NCBI RefSeq assembly: GCF_963921235.1
Contig: NC_086106.1
Location: forward strand, 18,600,001-18,664,000
DNA: 64,000 bases
Reading direction: 5' to 3'
Source: Mobula hypostoma
Lineage: Eukaryota
The notes beneath the pieces are model-generated. The model made no database searches and had not been told where the DNA came from. It was given only the letters and a program-made list of their open reading frames with translations. This document shows positions 12,291 to 23,460 of the stretch, piece after piece. A program made the translations under genes and the position numbers. Positions within the stretch are counted from its first letter, which is position 1; each line of letters starts with the position of its first letter.

Positions 12291-14235
12291 TCGGGCCAAC
12301 CCAGAGCAAGACAGCACCATTGAAAACTATAACAGGCGAGACCATCAATGACAAAGGCAAGTAGATGGAGAGATGGGTGGAGCATTACTTTGAACTCTTC
12401 TCCAGAGAAAACAGCATCTCGGACAGCACGCTAGATGCTGTGGAATGCCTGCCTGTCATGGAGGAACTTGATGCATTGCCGACTGCTGAAGAGTTGAGTA
12501 AAGCCATTGACAGCCTGCCCACTGGGATGGCACCAGGATTGGGTGGCATTCCAGCAGAGGCCATCAAATGTGCAAAGGGTGTCCTGCTAAACCACCTGCA
12601 TAAACTACTGTGCCAGTGCTGGATAGAGGGAACAGTGCCACAAGACATGGGAGACTGCAACATTGTCACCATATATGGGGACAAAGGGGACAGAAGAGAC
12701 TATAACAACTTCAGGGGAATCTCCTTGCTGAGCACTGTTGGGAAGGTCTTCGCCCGTGTGGTCCTGAACAGACTGCAGAAAATAGCCAAAAGGGTATATC
12801 CCGAGTCTCAGTGCAGTTTCAAGTCAGAACGCCCCACAATCAACAGGATCTTCTCCCTTTGACAATAACAAGAGAAATTGCAGAGAGCAAAGACAAACAC
12901 TCTACGTCGCTTTCATTGACCTTACGAAGGCCTTCGACCTTGTGAGCAGAGACGGCCTGTTCAAAATCCTTGCCAGGATTGGTTGTCCCCCGAGGCTCCT
13001 CAGGATAGTTCAGTCATTCCACACAGACATGAAGAGCATCATTCAGTTCGACGGCTCTTCTTCGGAGGCCTTCAACATCCACAGCGGTGCGAAACAAGGC
13101 TGTGTGCTTGCCCCCACCCTGTTTGGCATCTTCTTCGTAGTCATGCTGAAGCACGCCTTTGGAACATCAACTGATGGTGTCTACCTCCACACCAGATCAG
13201 ACTGGAGGCTGTTCAGCCTGTCCCGGCTGAGGGCGAAAGCCAAGGTTTGTGAAGTACTCATCAGGGACATGTTGTTTGCAGACGACGCAGCACTGGCAAC
13301 ACACTCTGAAGAGCAATTGCAACGCCTCATGGACAGCTTCTCAACAGCTGCCAGGATTTCAGCTTGACCATCAGCCTGAAGAAGACCAACATGTTGGGCC
13401 AAGGCGTTGAGCACTCCTTGCCATTACCATCAACAACTACGAGCTGGAGGTAGTTCACAAGTTTACATTTCTAGGCTCCACCATCACGGACAGTCTCTCC
13501 CTAGACCCCGAGATCAACAGATGGATTGGACAAGCAGCCTCAACATTCACCAGGCTGACAAAGGGAGTCTGAAAGAACAGAAAGCTGACGACGCACACCA
13601 AGGTTGCAGTCTACAGGGCCTACATCCTCAGCACACTGCTTTATGGCAGCGAGACCTGGAGCCTCTACTACAGACGAAAGAGGCGTCTCAATGCCTTCCA
13701 CCTTCGCAGCCTGAGATCCATCCTGGAGATCAAGTGGACTGACCTAGTCACCAACAATTAGGTCCTGGCCCACGCCCAGATACCCAGCCTCTTCACCCTG
13801 CTCCAACAACGCCGTCTCCGCTGGCTGGGCCACGTACACCGCATGTCAGACGGGAGGATCCCGAAAGACCTGCTGTACGGGGAACTGGCCTCCGGCAAGA
13901 GAGCACAAGGGTGACCCCATCTTCGTTTCAAAGATGTCTGCAAGAGAGACATGAAATCACTGAACATGAACATCGAGAGGTGGGAAATCTACGCAGAGGT
14001 CTAAAAAGAGGAGAGAGAAGCTGAGGCTTGCTGTTGAAGAAAAGCGTACTCGTCGGAAAAACAGCACCAAGACAACACTGGAGGACAGTGCCTTCAAGTG
14101 CAGTCGCTGCCGCTGAGACTGTCACTCCTGTGTGGGCCTCTACAGCCACAACAGACACTGCTCTACCAACACAGACTGAAGCAATACTTTCCGGGCACAG
14201 ATCCAAGGTCTCGCGAGACTAACGGATGCCACCAA
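12291..14235 (+). mobile_element. 5'-truncated RTE-clade LINE with 6-bp TSD
   Basis: RT ORF pieces 12365-12862 (RGISLLSTVGKVFARV) and 12942-13367 (MLFADDAAL); TSD ttgtca at 12285-12290 and 14236-14241; empty site in paralogs (e.g. ~16641). Confidence 0.9.
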
Positions 14236-14629
14236 TTGTCAGAATGTTGTGTGTTCAAGCCGCCCTCCAGAGACACATTGACCAGGCTGACTATTCCCAC
14301 ACAGGAGCAGAGGGAGAGCTGCTGTGCTGGAAATTCAGTCACATCTGAGGCACTGATCGGAGGCTGGGATTATGTTCAAAGGTAGAGGGAGGGAGCATTT
14401 TGAAGACAAGTATCAGGAGTCTCCAGAGTGCCTGCCAGTGAAATGATCCGGATTCCCCTCAAGTTATGAAAGTATTTTCCGGGATACAATTATTTCTGTG
14501 GTGAAAGTCTGGATTATGTTGGCTGAAAGTGGAGAACAAACCTAAGATGGGATAATCTTATCACCTAGGCAGATTAAAAAGATGAAGACTTGACACCAAA
14601 AGTGAAGGCCAAACTGCCGTTCATCTTAC

Positions 14630-15010
14630 TACTCTATGAGGCTTCACTCGCCTCAGCACTGAACTGACTCTGCAGCTGCGGCCTGCAGCCATTGGCACTC
14701 ACCTCAGCACTGAGCCTGGCTCCACGGCCGTGGCCTGCAGCCATCGGTCTCCTGCACTGGTTGCAGTGCTGAACTGGCAACGTGGCTGTGGATTTACTTC
14801 AGGGGGCTCTGTGGTTCAGGTTCTGTCGATTGCTTTTTTGAATATTTTTATTGTTTGCACAATTTGTTCTTTTTTTTTCACACACTGGATGTTTGACCCT
14901 GAATTCTAGTGTATTTCGTTGTTTTGTGGCTGCCTGCAAGAAGAGAATCTCAAGGTTGTATATGGTGCACAGACTTTGATAATAAATGTACTTTGTACTT
15001 TGAACTTTAT
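14630..15010 (+). mobile_element. Non-autonomous retroposon (unit 3 copy)
   Basis: Same element and tail as 4647-5005. Confidence 0.6.
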
Positions 15011-15120
15011 CAGTTCACCCACATAACTAAACCAGAACTACACTGTGAATTTAGTGTTGACCTTGACTTCATAGCACAATGTAAACAATTTCAATAATGG
15101 GCTGAGTCCCAGGACCCTAC

Positions 15121-15438
15121 CTTGGATGTTTTTCACTTGCTTCTTGATACGGGTGTTGGAGGGGGGATGAGTCACTGTACAGCTGAAGACTGATTCTGTC
15201 TTCCAATCCTGTAAACTCACGGTCAGGAAGTGTCTGGCACTGAAAGTCCACCCCTGCTCCAGAGCGGTCGGTGTAGCGCTGGTGTTGGAGGTGATCACGG
15301 TGCTGCCTTTCTCCCAGATGACATTTATTTGGTCCGGGTAGAATCCAGAGACCACACACTCCAGTGTGACCGTTTTCCTATTCTTGGTCTCTTCCTGAGG
15401 TGGAGGCAGCAGACTGACCTTGGGACCTTTTATCTCGA
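15121..15438 (-). CDS. IgW: IgW C4-type exon, unit 3
   Basis: ttccag|TC GAG ... ATC CAA G|gtaggg; 318 nt, open. Confidence 0.93.
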
Positions 15439-15525
15439 CTGGAATAGACAAGAAAAGAAAGGAAATGTCAACATTTTTGCCCAGGTAACTAATGCTGGCC
15501 ATTTAATCACTGGTCTCTTGCCCAC

Positions 15526-15828
15526 CTTTGGTAGTATTGGTGCGTGCTGACACTCGGGAAGATGAAGGAGATCCCAGAGCAGAGCACTCGTACTCCACCC
15601 CACTGAACCACTCCTCCACACTGATCTGGAGTTCACTGAGGACTCTGTATCGAGTCCCGTCCGTCTGCGGTGGTTGTTCGAAAACTCCTTTAGTTTTCTC
15701 CTTCCCGCCCACGTGCCAAGAGATGTGGATATCTTCTGGATCTGTACAGATAACTGTGCACTTCATGGTAGCGGTCCTGTGGATCCACATCTCTTCAATG
15801 TCGGGATTTTGAATAAAGACAGACAATT
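15526..15828 (-). CDS. IgW: IgW C3-type exon, unit 3
   Basis: ccacag|AA TTG ... ACC AAA G|gtgggc; 303 nt, open. Confidence 0.92.
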
Positions 15829-15970
15829 CTGTGGGTTAGAAATGGAAATGCTCAGAATCTTACTGGAGATATTTCCATTGGTTGTGTTAGGTCCAGGCAG
15901 ATCATCAGTACTTGACAGCTGCATTTAAGGCAAACAGAATAACAGAAACCCCCAGGGCTGAATCATTTGG

Positions 15971-16187
15971 CAGTCTGCTGGTGATCATGTCTTCACCTCT
16001 GTTGCTGACTGGACCCAGAATCCTCACCCCATCTTCCCTCTTCCTCTGTCCACCTGCCGGGTTACTCAGAATCCCTGTAAATCACTGTGAACCACCTCAT
16101 ACAGAATGGCTGTTGTCCTCTTCGTCCAGATCTCTTCGAATGAAGGCTTACTTAAAGTGACTGAGGGGCAGGTATCTGAACAGTCAT
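15971..16187 (-). pseudogene. Truncated pseudo-C5 exon
   Basis: Same lesions as 11618-11834 (GG acceptor, Cys>Tyr, TGA, same truncation point). Confidence 0.9.
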
Positions 16188-17040
16188 CCGGGAGAAATTA
16201 TTATTTCACCATTCCCCAATGGCTGAGTTTGTCACTGACAAGACCAGCATTTCCTGTTCATCTCTGGTCAATGATATGCCAGTCCCAAGAAGATGAGATG
16301 AGATGAGAATAATGTACATTGGTGAAGAAATGAATCTCCCCTGTTGAGCAGACAGGGTAAACACCCTGAGGGAAAGTAGATGAACAAGATTGGCTGTCAC
16401 ATTGTTTTTTCAGTTTCATGGTGACTGAACTGTTACCAGACACTTTTTAAAACAAATACAGAAAATAGCATTTCAGAGTGTGTCTGTGGAATTGGAAATG
16501 GAGCAAATTTTCACGGAAAAAAATCCCACAAAATACACTTCATATTTCAAATTTTAAGTATGAGAAATATTTAGTTTTTGTCCTAAATAATAAAATGCAC
16601 TCTTTTTGTCTATCAGGTGTAACTAACATTTGCTGCTGCTTTGTCAGAATGTAGTGTGTTCAGGCCGCCCTCCAGAGGCTTCTACACATTGTCCAGGCTG
16701 ACTATTCCCACACAGGAGCAGAGGGAGAGCTGCTCTGCTGGAAATTCAGTCACATCTGAGACACTGATCGGAGGCTGTGATTAGGTTCAAAGGTAGAGGG
16801 AGGGAGCATTTTAAAGACAAATATCAGGGATCTCCAGAGTGCCTGTCCAGTGAAATGATCCGGATTCCCCTTAAGTTATGAAAGTATTTTCTGGGATACT
16901 CTTATTTCTATGGTAAAAGTGTGGATTATGTTGGTTGAGAGTGGAAAACAAACCGATGATTGGCCGATTTAAGTGCCAAGAGAGATGAAAAAGATGAAGG
17001 CATTGAGGCTGAGTCAATGGACAAACCGGTATTCAGCTCA

Positions 17041-17415
17041 CTTCTCGATGAGGCTTCACTCGCCTCAGCACTGAACTGACTCTGCAGCTGCGGCCTGCAG
17101 CCATCGGCACTCACCTCAGCACTGAGCCTGGCTCCACGGCCGTGGCCTGCAGCCATCGGTCTCCTGCACCGGTTGCAGTGCTGAACTGGCAACGTGGCTG
17201 TGGATTTACTTCAGGGGGCTCTGCGGTTCAGTTTCCGTGGATTGTTTGTTTGAATTTTTTTATTGTTTGCACAATCTTTTTTCACACATTGGAAGTTTGA
17301 CTCTGAATTCTATTGTGTTTCTTTGTTTTGTGACTGCCTGGAAGAAGAGAATCTCAAGGTTGTATATGGTGCTCATACTTTGATAATAAATGTACTTTGT
17401 ATTTTGAACTTTATC
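17041..17415 (+). mobile_element. Non-autonomous retroposon (unit 2 copy)
   Basis: Same element and tail as 4647-5005. Confidence 0.6.
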
Positions 17416-17523
17416 AGTTCACTCACAAAACTAAACCAGAGCTGCACCATGATTCAGTGCTGACCTTGAATTCATATCACAATGTAAACAATTTCATGAA
17501 TGGGCTGAGTTCCAGGACCCTAC

Positions 17524-17841
17524 CTTGGACATTCTTCACCTGCTTCTTGATACGAGTGTTGGAGGGGGGATGAATCACTGTACAGCTGAAGACTGATTCT
17601 GACTTCCACTCCTGTGAACTCACGGTCAGGAAGTGTCTGGACCTGAAAGTCCACCCCTGCTCCAGAGCGGTCGGTATAGCCCTGGTGTTGGAGGTGATCA
17701 CGGTGCTGCCCTTCTCCCAGATGACATTTATTTGGTCCGGGTAGAATCCGAAGATCACACACTCCAGTGTGGCCGTTTTCCTATTCTTGGTCTCTTCCTG
17801 TGATGGAGGCAGTAGAGTGACCTTGGGACTTTTTATCTCGA
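17524..17841 (-). CDS. IgW: IgW C4-type exon, unit 2
   Basis: tgccag|TC GAG ... GTC CAA G|gtaggg; 318 nt, open. Confidence 0.93.
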
Positions 17842-17928
17842 CTGGCATAGACAAGAAAAGAAAGGAAATGTCAACATTTTTACCCAGGTCACTAATGCTG
17901 GCCATTTAATCGCTGGTCTCTTACCCAC

Positions 17929-18231
17929 CTTTGGTAGTATTGGTCCGTGCTGACACTCGGGAAGATGAAGGAGATTCCTGAGCAGAGCACTCGTATTCCA
18001 CCCCACTGAACCACTCTTCCACACTGATCTGGAGTTCACTGAGCACTCTGTATCGGGACCCGTCCCTCTCCGCTTGATGGGTGTGAATTCCTTTAGTTTT
18101 CTCCTTCCCACCCACGTGCCACGAGATGCGGATATTTTCGGGATCTGTACAGATAACCGTGCACTTCACGGTAGTGGTCTTGTGGATCCACATCTCTTCA
18201 ATGTTGGGATTTTGAATAAAGACAGCCAATT
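17929..18231 (-). CDS. IgW: IgW C3-type exon, unit 2
   Basis: caacag|AA TTG ... ACC AAA G|gtgggt; 303 nt, open. Confidence 0.92.
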
Positions 18232-18371
18232 CTGTTGATTAGAAATTGAAATGCTCAGAATCTTACTGGAGATATTTCTATTGGTTGTGTTAGGTCCAGG
18301 CAGATCATCAGTACATGTCAGCTGCATTTAATGCAAACAGAATAACAGAAACACCCAGGGCTGAATCGTTA

Positions 18372-18590
18372 GTCAGTCTGCTGGTGATCATGTCTTCACC
18401 TCTTGCTGACTGGATGAGAGTCCTCATCCCACCTTCCCTCTTCTTTCCGTTCATCTGCCCAGGTGACACTGAGTCCCTGTAATTCACTGTGAACCACTTC
18501 ACACAGAATGGTCACTGTCCTCTTTGTCCAGATCTCTTCGAAGGGAGGTTTGCTTAAAGTAACTGAGGGGTTTCGTATCTGAACAGTCAT
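18372..18590 (-). pseudogene. Truncated pseudo-C5 exon with intact acceptor and frameshifts
   Basis: ctcccag acceptor kept; +1 insertion near the start (GATACGAAACCCC vs GATACCCGCCCC); second +1 after the Trp codon; truncated after ITSRLT. Confidence 0.88.
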
Positions 18591-19404
18591 CTGGGAGAAA
18601 CGGCTCAATTATTATTTCACCATTTCCCAATGGACAAGTTTGTCACTGACAAGATCAGCATTTGCTGTTCATCTCTGGCCAATGATCTGCCAGTCCCATC
18701 AAGACGAGATGAGACCAATCTACATTGGTGAAGAAAGGAATCTCCCCTACTGAGCAGACAGGGTAAATACCCTGAGCAAACGTAAATGAACAAGATTGGC
18801 CCTTACATTGTTTTCGCAGTTACATGGTCACAAACTGTTACCAGCCACTTATTAAAACAAATACAGGAAATACCCAGCATTTCAAAGTCTGTCTGTGGAA
18901 CGGGAAATGGAGCCAAGTTTCACATGAATATCTTCCAGAAAATACACTTCATATTTCAAAAATAAGTATTAGAAATATTTATTTTTTTGTCACAAATATT
19001 TAAATGCACCTTTTTCTCTTTTAGGTGTAACTAAAATTTGGTGCTGCTTTGTCAGAATGTTGTGTGTTCAGGCTGCCCTCCAGAGGCTTCTACACATTGT
19101 CCAGGCTGACTATTCCCACACAGGAGCAGAGGGCGAGCTGCTCTGCTGGAAATTCCGTCACGACTGAGGCACTGACCGGAGGCTGGAATATTGTTCAAAG
19201 ACAGACTGTCCAGTAAAATGGTCTAGATTCTCTTCAAGTGATGAGCCATTTTCAGAGATGCAATTGTTTCTATGGTGAAGCTTCTGGATTATGTTGGTTG
19301 AGAGCAGAAAACAAACCAAAGATTGGCTGATTTTATTACTGAGCCAGATTAAAAAGATTAATGCGTTGAGGGTGAAGGTGAAGTAGGAGCCAGTATTCAG
19401 CTCA

Positions 19405-19730
19405 CTGCTCTATGAGGCTTCACTCACCTCAGCACTGAGCCTGGCTCCACGGCCGTGGCCTGCAGCCATCGGTCTCCTGCACCGGTTGCAGTGCTGAACT
19501 GGCAACGTGGCTGTGGATTTACTTCAGGGGACTCGGAGTTCAGTTTCTGTGAATTGTTTGTTTGCATTTTTTTATTGTTTGCACAATTTGTTTTTTTCAC
19601 ACATTGGATGGTTGACTCTGAATTCTATTGTATTTCTTTGTTTTGTGACTGCCTGCAAGAAGAGAATCTCAAGGTTGTATATGGTGCACATACTTCGATA
19701 ACAAATGTACTTTGTACTCTGAACTTTAAT
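19405..19730 (+). mobile_element. Non-autonomous retroposon (unit 1 copy, shorter 5' part)
   Basis: Same element and tail as 4647-5005. Confidence 0.55.
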
Positions 19731-19838
19731 AGTTCACTCACAAAACTAAACCAGAACCACACCGTGATTTAGTGTTTACTTTGAATTCATAGCACAATGT
19801 AAACAATTTGAATAATGGGATGCGTCCCAGGACCCTAC

Positions 19839-20156
19839 CTTGGACATTCTTCACTTGCTTCTTGATACGGGTGTTGGAGGGGGGATGAGTCACTGTACAG
19901 CTGAAGACTGATTCTGACTTCCATTCCTGTAAACTCACGGTCAGGAAGTGTCTGGCACTGAAAGTCCACCCCTGCTCCAGAGCGGTCGGTGTAGCCCTGG
20001 TGTTGGAGGTGATCACGGTGTTGCCTTTCTCCCAGATGACATTTATTTGGTCCGGGTAGAATCCGAAGATCACACACTCCAGTGTGGCCGTTTTCCTATT
20101 CTTGGTCTCTTCCTGTGATGGAGGCAGCAGAGTGACCTTGGGACTTTTTATCTCGA
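19839..20156 (-). CDS. IgW: IgW C4-type exon, unit 1
   Basis: ttccag|TC GAG ... GTC CAA G|gtaggg; 318 nt, open. Confidence 0.93.
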
Positions 20157-20243
20157 CTGGAATAGACAAGAAAAGAAAGGAAATGTCAACATTTTTGCCC
20201 AGGTCACGAATGCTGGCCACTTAACCGCTGGTCTCTTACCCAC

Positions 20244-20546
20244 CTTTGGTACTATTGGTGCGTGCTGACACTCGGGAAGATGAAGGAGATTCCTGAGCAG
20301 AGCACTCGTACTCCACCCCACTGAACCACTCCTCCACACTGATCTGGAGTTCACTGAGCACTCTGTATCGGGACCCGTCCCTCTCCGCTTGATGGGTGTG
20401 AACCCCTTTAGTTTTCTCCTTCCCGCCCACATGCCAAGAGATGCGGATATTTTCAGGATCTGTACAGATAACTGTGCACTTCACGGTAGCAGTCTTGTCG
20501 ATCCACATCTCTTCAATATTGGGATTTTGAATAAAGACAGCCAATT
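20244..20546 (-). CDS. IgW: IgW C3-type exon, unit 1
   Basis: ccacag|AA TTG ... ACC AAA G|gtgggt; 303 nt, open. Confidence 0.92.
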
Positions 20547-22599
20547 CTGTGGATTAGAAATGGAAATGCTCAGAATCTTACTGGAGATATTTCCATTGGT
20601 TGTGTCAGGTCCAGGCAGATCATCAGTACAGGACAGCTGCATTTAATGCAAACAGAATAACAGAAACACCCAGGGCTGAATCACGTGCCTCATATTCCTA
20701 TAAGTTTGATTGAGAAAAGAAATTCAGAACAAAGGATGTGCTAACGAGGTTTCGAATCCCTTTCTAATAACTGTACCAATCGGTTCACTGTGAGATGGAG
20801 CTCTGTGAGACAGAGAAGCATGCAGATTTCTCAGCAGAGACACAGCTCAGTATATTCTTTGCTTGGAGACTCAGTGCCATTGATTAGTAACAATGAACAC
20901 TGTGAATCAATGAGAATCCCTTTCTCCATCTGGGCTGAGCCTGGGATTCACTCAGTTTAATAACTTCACATCCCGACATTCCAGTCTCACTGTGGCTGTG
21001 CCTCTCCTCATCTCTGCAACCTTCACCACCCACACGAGCTTCAGACAACATCGTATCCTTTCAACTCTGCTCACTCATACACCTGCACTACTTCTGCTGG
21101 TGCCTGTGGTTTTAGCATTCTTGCTGACAAACACTGAAACCTCTGTCTCACTTGAAATGAGCAGCCATATGGTCAGAGTGTATCCATAAGTTAGGGACTG
21201 ATGAACTGGCAAAGTGGGTTCAAATCCCAACCCGGTGGATGGGAGTTTAAATTCAATTCATCAATGCTCTCTGGAATAAAAAGAAGACTACGGAGGTATT
21301 TGTAGTGTTATTCTCTGTGGTAATTTCCGGAGAGAAGTCTGGTCTGGTCTGGCTGGTTTGTGACTCCAGACCTGCAGCAACACGGCTGGAGCTGAATCAC
21401 CATCAGGAATGAGGTAGCAAGTCCCTCAGTTCCAGAGAGATCAGTGATTGACGGGAAATGATAAATGAATAAAACAACTCTTTGATCAAGTGTTGAGTCA
21501 CCTGCCCTCTGGGTTAGTGTCAGTTTTGTGTGATTGCACTCAAGTGAAGTTGTTGAGGTCGTCTCCCAATGCACGATCGTCAGTTCACTTACATTGCAGC
21601 TCTCTGCACTTTGTGTTCACCATTTACACACTCGGTCACCTTCAGGCACGTGGGGTGTTTTTGCTCTTTGACATTTAGTGTAGAGGCTGATTGTGTTTGT
21701 GTCATGGCTGAGACCTTCAATGAGACTGTGAGTCAGTGTCTTTGTCTGAAGAAAGAGCAGACGTAACACACACAGTTCCAGTCTAACTGGGCCGGATCAT
21801 CCGACAAGGTATGATGTGTATTTCTTCACCTTTCTCATTTCAGTAAGATTATGAGCAATTTTCTTTCAAAACAGAAAGTCCGTGGGTGTAGTCCAGATGA
21901 TCATTGTTGTCGTGTAATATACAAATATGCAAATCTAGGTGTACACTGAAGGGTCATTGAACTGTGAATCTCAGTTTAATGAGCACTGTGATGTTGTTAA
22001 ACATGTTTTCTGCAGGTTTCCCAGTTATGTCCCATATCAGCACGGTCTTGATGTTCATCAGTCTCTGGGAAATGCGATCCCCTCATAAAACCTGACAGAG
22101 TCAGAATTGCTCCGCTTATTGCTGAATGCTGGTGTAATTCCACAAGAAGCGTATAATCCCTCAATGCTTGGGCAATTTGAACAAAACATTCTCCTTTCTA
22201 ACATTCCTTGCAGTCACTGAGTTTCCCTTTTGGACTGAATTCAGTGTCCGGTACATGGATCAATGTAACTTTAGCAATTTGTCTGGTCCAGGATTTACAC
22301 ACAAAGCATGTCAGATTGGACAGGAGATTGGTTAGACCCCTGTGTCTTGTCTCACCAACTTGTCTTGTGCCCAACATTATCAAAAGGTCATCCATCCTTT
22401 GGCTGAGTCAATTTGGAATTTCAAACCTGTTCACCTTCATCACCTCGTGCCTCACAGTCATTGGGTGAAAAACAGGTTCCAGTTCTTGCTGACGGGAGTC
22501 AGACAGGGGGGAATCTGGCTAAGGAAACTGGAATTGGGATCTGAGTCACACTGAAGCAACAATGTACACAAATGAATGAGTGTATGGACAACCAGAAAC

Positions 22600-23180
22600 A
22601 CAAGAGATTCTACAGATGCTGGAAATCTTGAACAACACACACAAAGTGCTGGAGGAACCTGGCAAGTCAGGCAGCATCTGTGGGGGGAATAAACAGCCAA
22701 TCTTTTGTGCCAAGTGGTTTAACCGTACTGAAAGGAAGTGAGCAGAAGCCAGAATAAGAAGATGGGAGGAGTAGAGAGGAATACATTCTGTCAGATGAGA
22801 GGTGATACCAGGTGAGGGGGAAAGTGTGTGGATGGAGGAGGGGTATGAATTAAGAAGCTGGTCGGGGATAAGTGGAAGAGATAAATGGCTGAAACAGAAG
22901 GTATCTGAGAGGACAGTGGACCATGGAGGAATGTGCAGGAGCAGGGGAACCAAATGGAGATGATGGGCAGGTGAGGAGAAGTGAATGAATGAGGGTGTAT
23001 CTAGTATGGGAATGAGAAAAAAATGGGAGAATAAAGGAGCGGGGTGGATACTGCTGGAAGTTGCAGAAATAAGTATTCATGCCATCAGGTTGGCAGGTAT
23101 CTGGATGGAATATGAGGTCCTGACTTTGGCCTCACCCTGGCAGTAGAGAAGGAAATGGACAGACATATCAGAATGGGAAT
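22600..23180 (-). mobile_element. Penelope-like element fragment (paralog of 8470-9085)
   Basis: Colinear with 8470-9085; same terminal motif. Confidence 0.6.
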
Positions 23181-23332
23181 GGGAAGTCAAATTGAAATGT
23201 GGAGAGGAGAGATAGTCATTTTAAATAACATATTTTCATCACTGTCTGTTAAACCTGTATCCCAATGGATACCAGAGACAGGTCAAGAATCCAGTAAATG
23301 GATTGTAAAAGAATTCATTGATGAATTGTATT

Positions 23333-23460
23333 CTTTATTTCACACTTTCCTGCTGAACAATGATACTGTTAGGTAGAAGCATCGGAAAATGTTGCATTGA
23401 GATTACTCTGGTAAAAGAACATTGGCACAGGCTCCAAAACACAGCTGAGACAGCTTCCAC
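23333..23460 (-). CDS. IgW: Short-form secretory tail exon after C2, with premature stop
   Basis: catttccag|GT GGA; GGSCLSCVLEPVPMFFYQSNLNATFSDAST*(TAA 23371-23369), then QYHCSAGKCEIK; paralogs have CAA or CGA at this codon. Confidence 0.8.

Noticed and set aside
5120-20546. Array as an assembly artefact
   Set aside because: Units carry private substitutions, a private LINE with TSD and different pseudo-exon lesions; spanning reads are still the final test.
20586-20637. Apparent mini or hinge exon before each C3 (atgcag|CTG...CCA|gtaaga)
   Set aside because: Phase-1 reading hits TGA in the copies checked, and the donor is only ~35 nt from the C3 acceptor.
21290-21400. Possible extra tail or TM exon (paralog ~6530-6660)
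   Set aside because: No hydrophobic stretch or Cys pattern; stop positions differ between the two copies.
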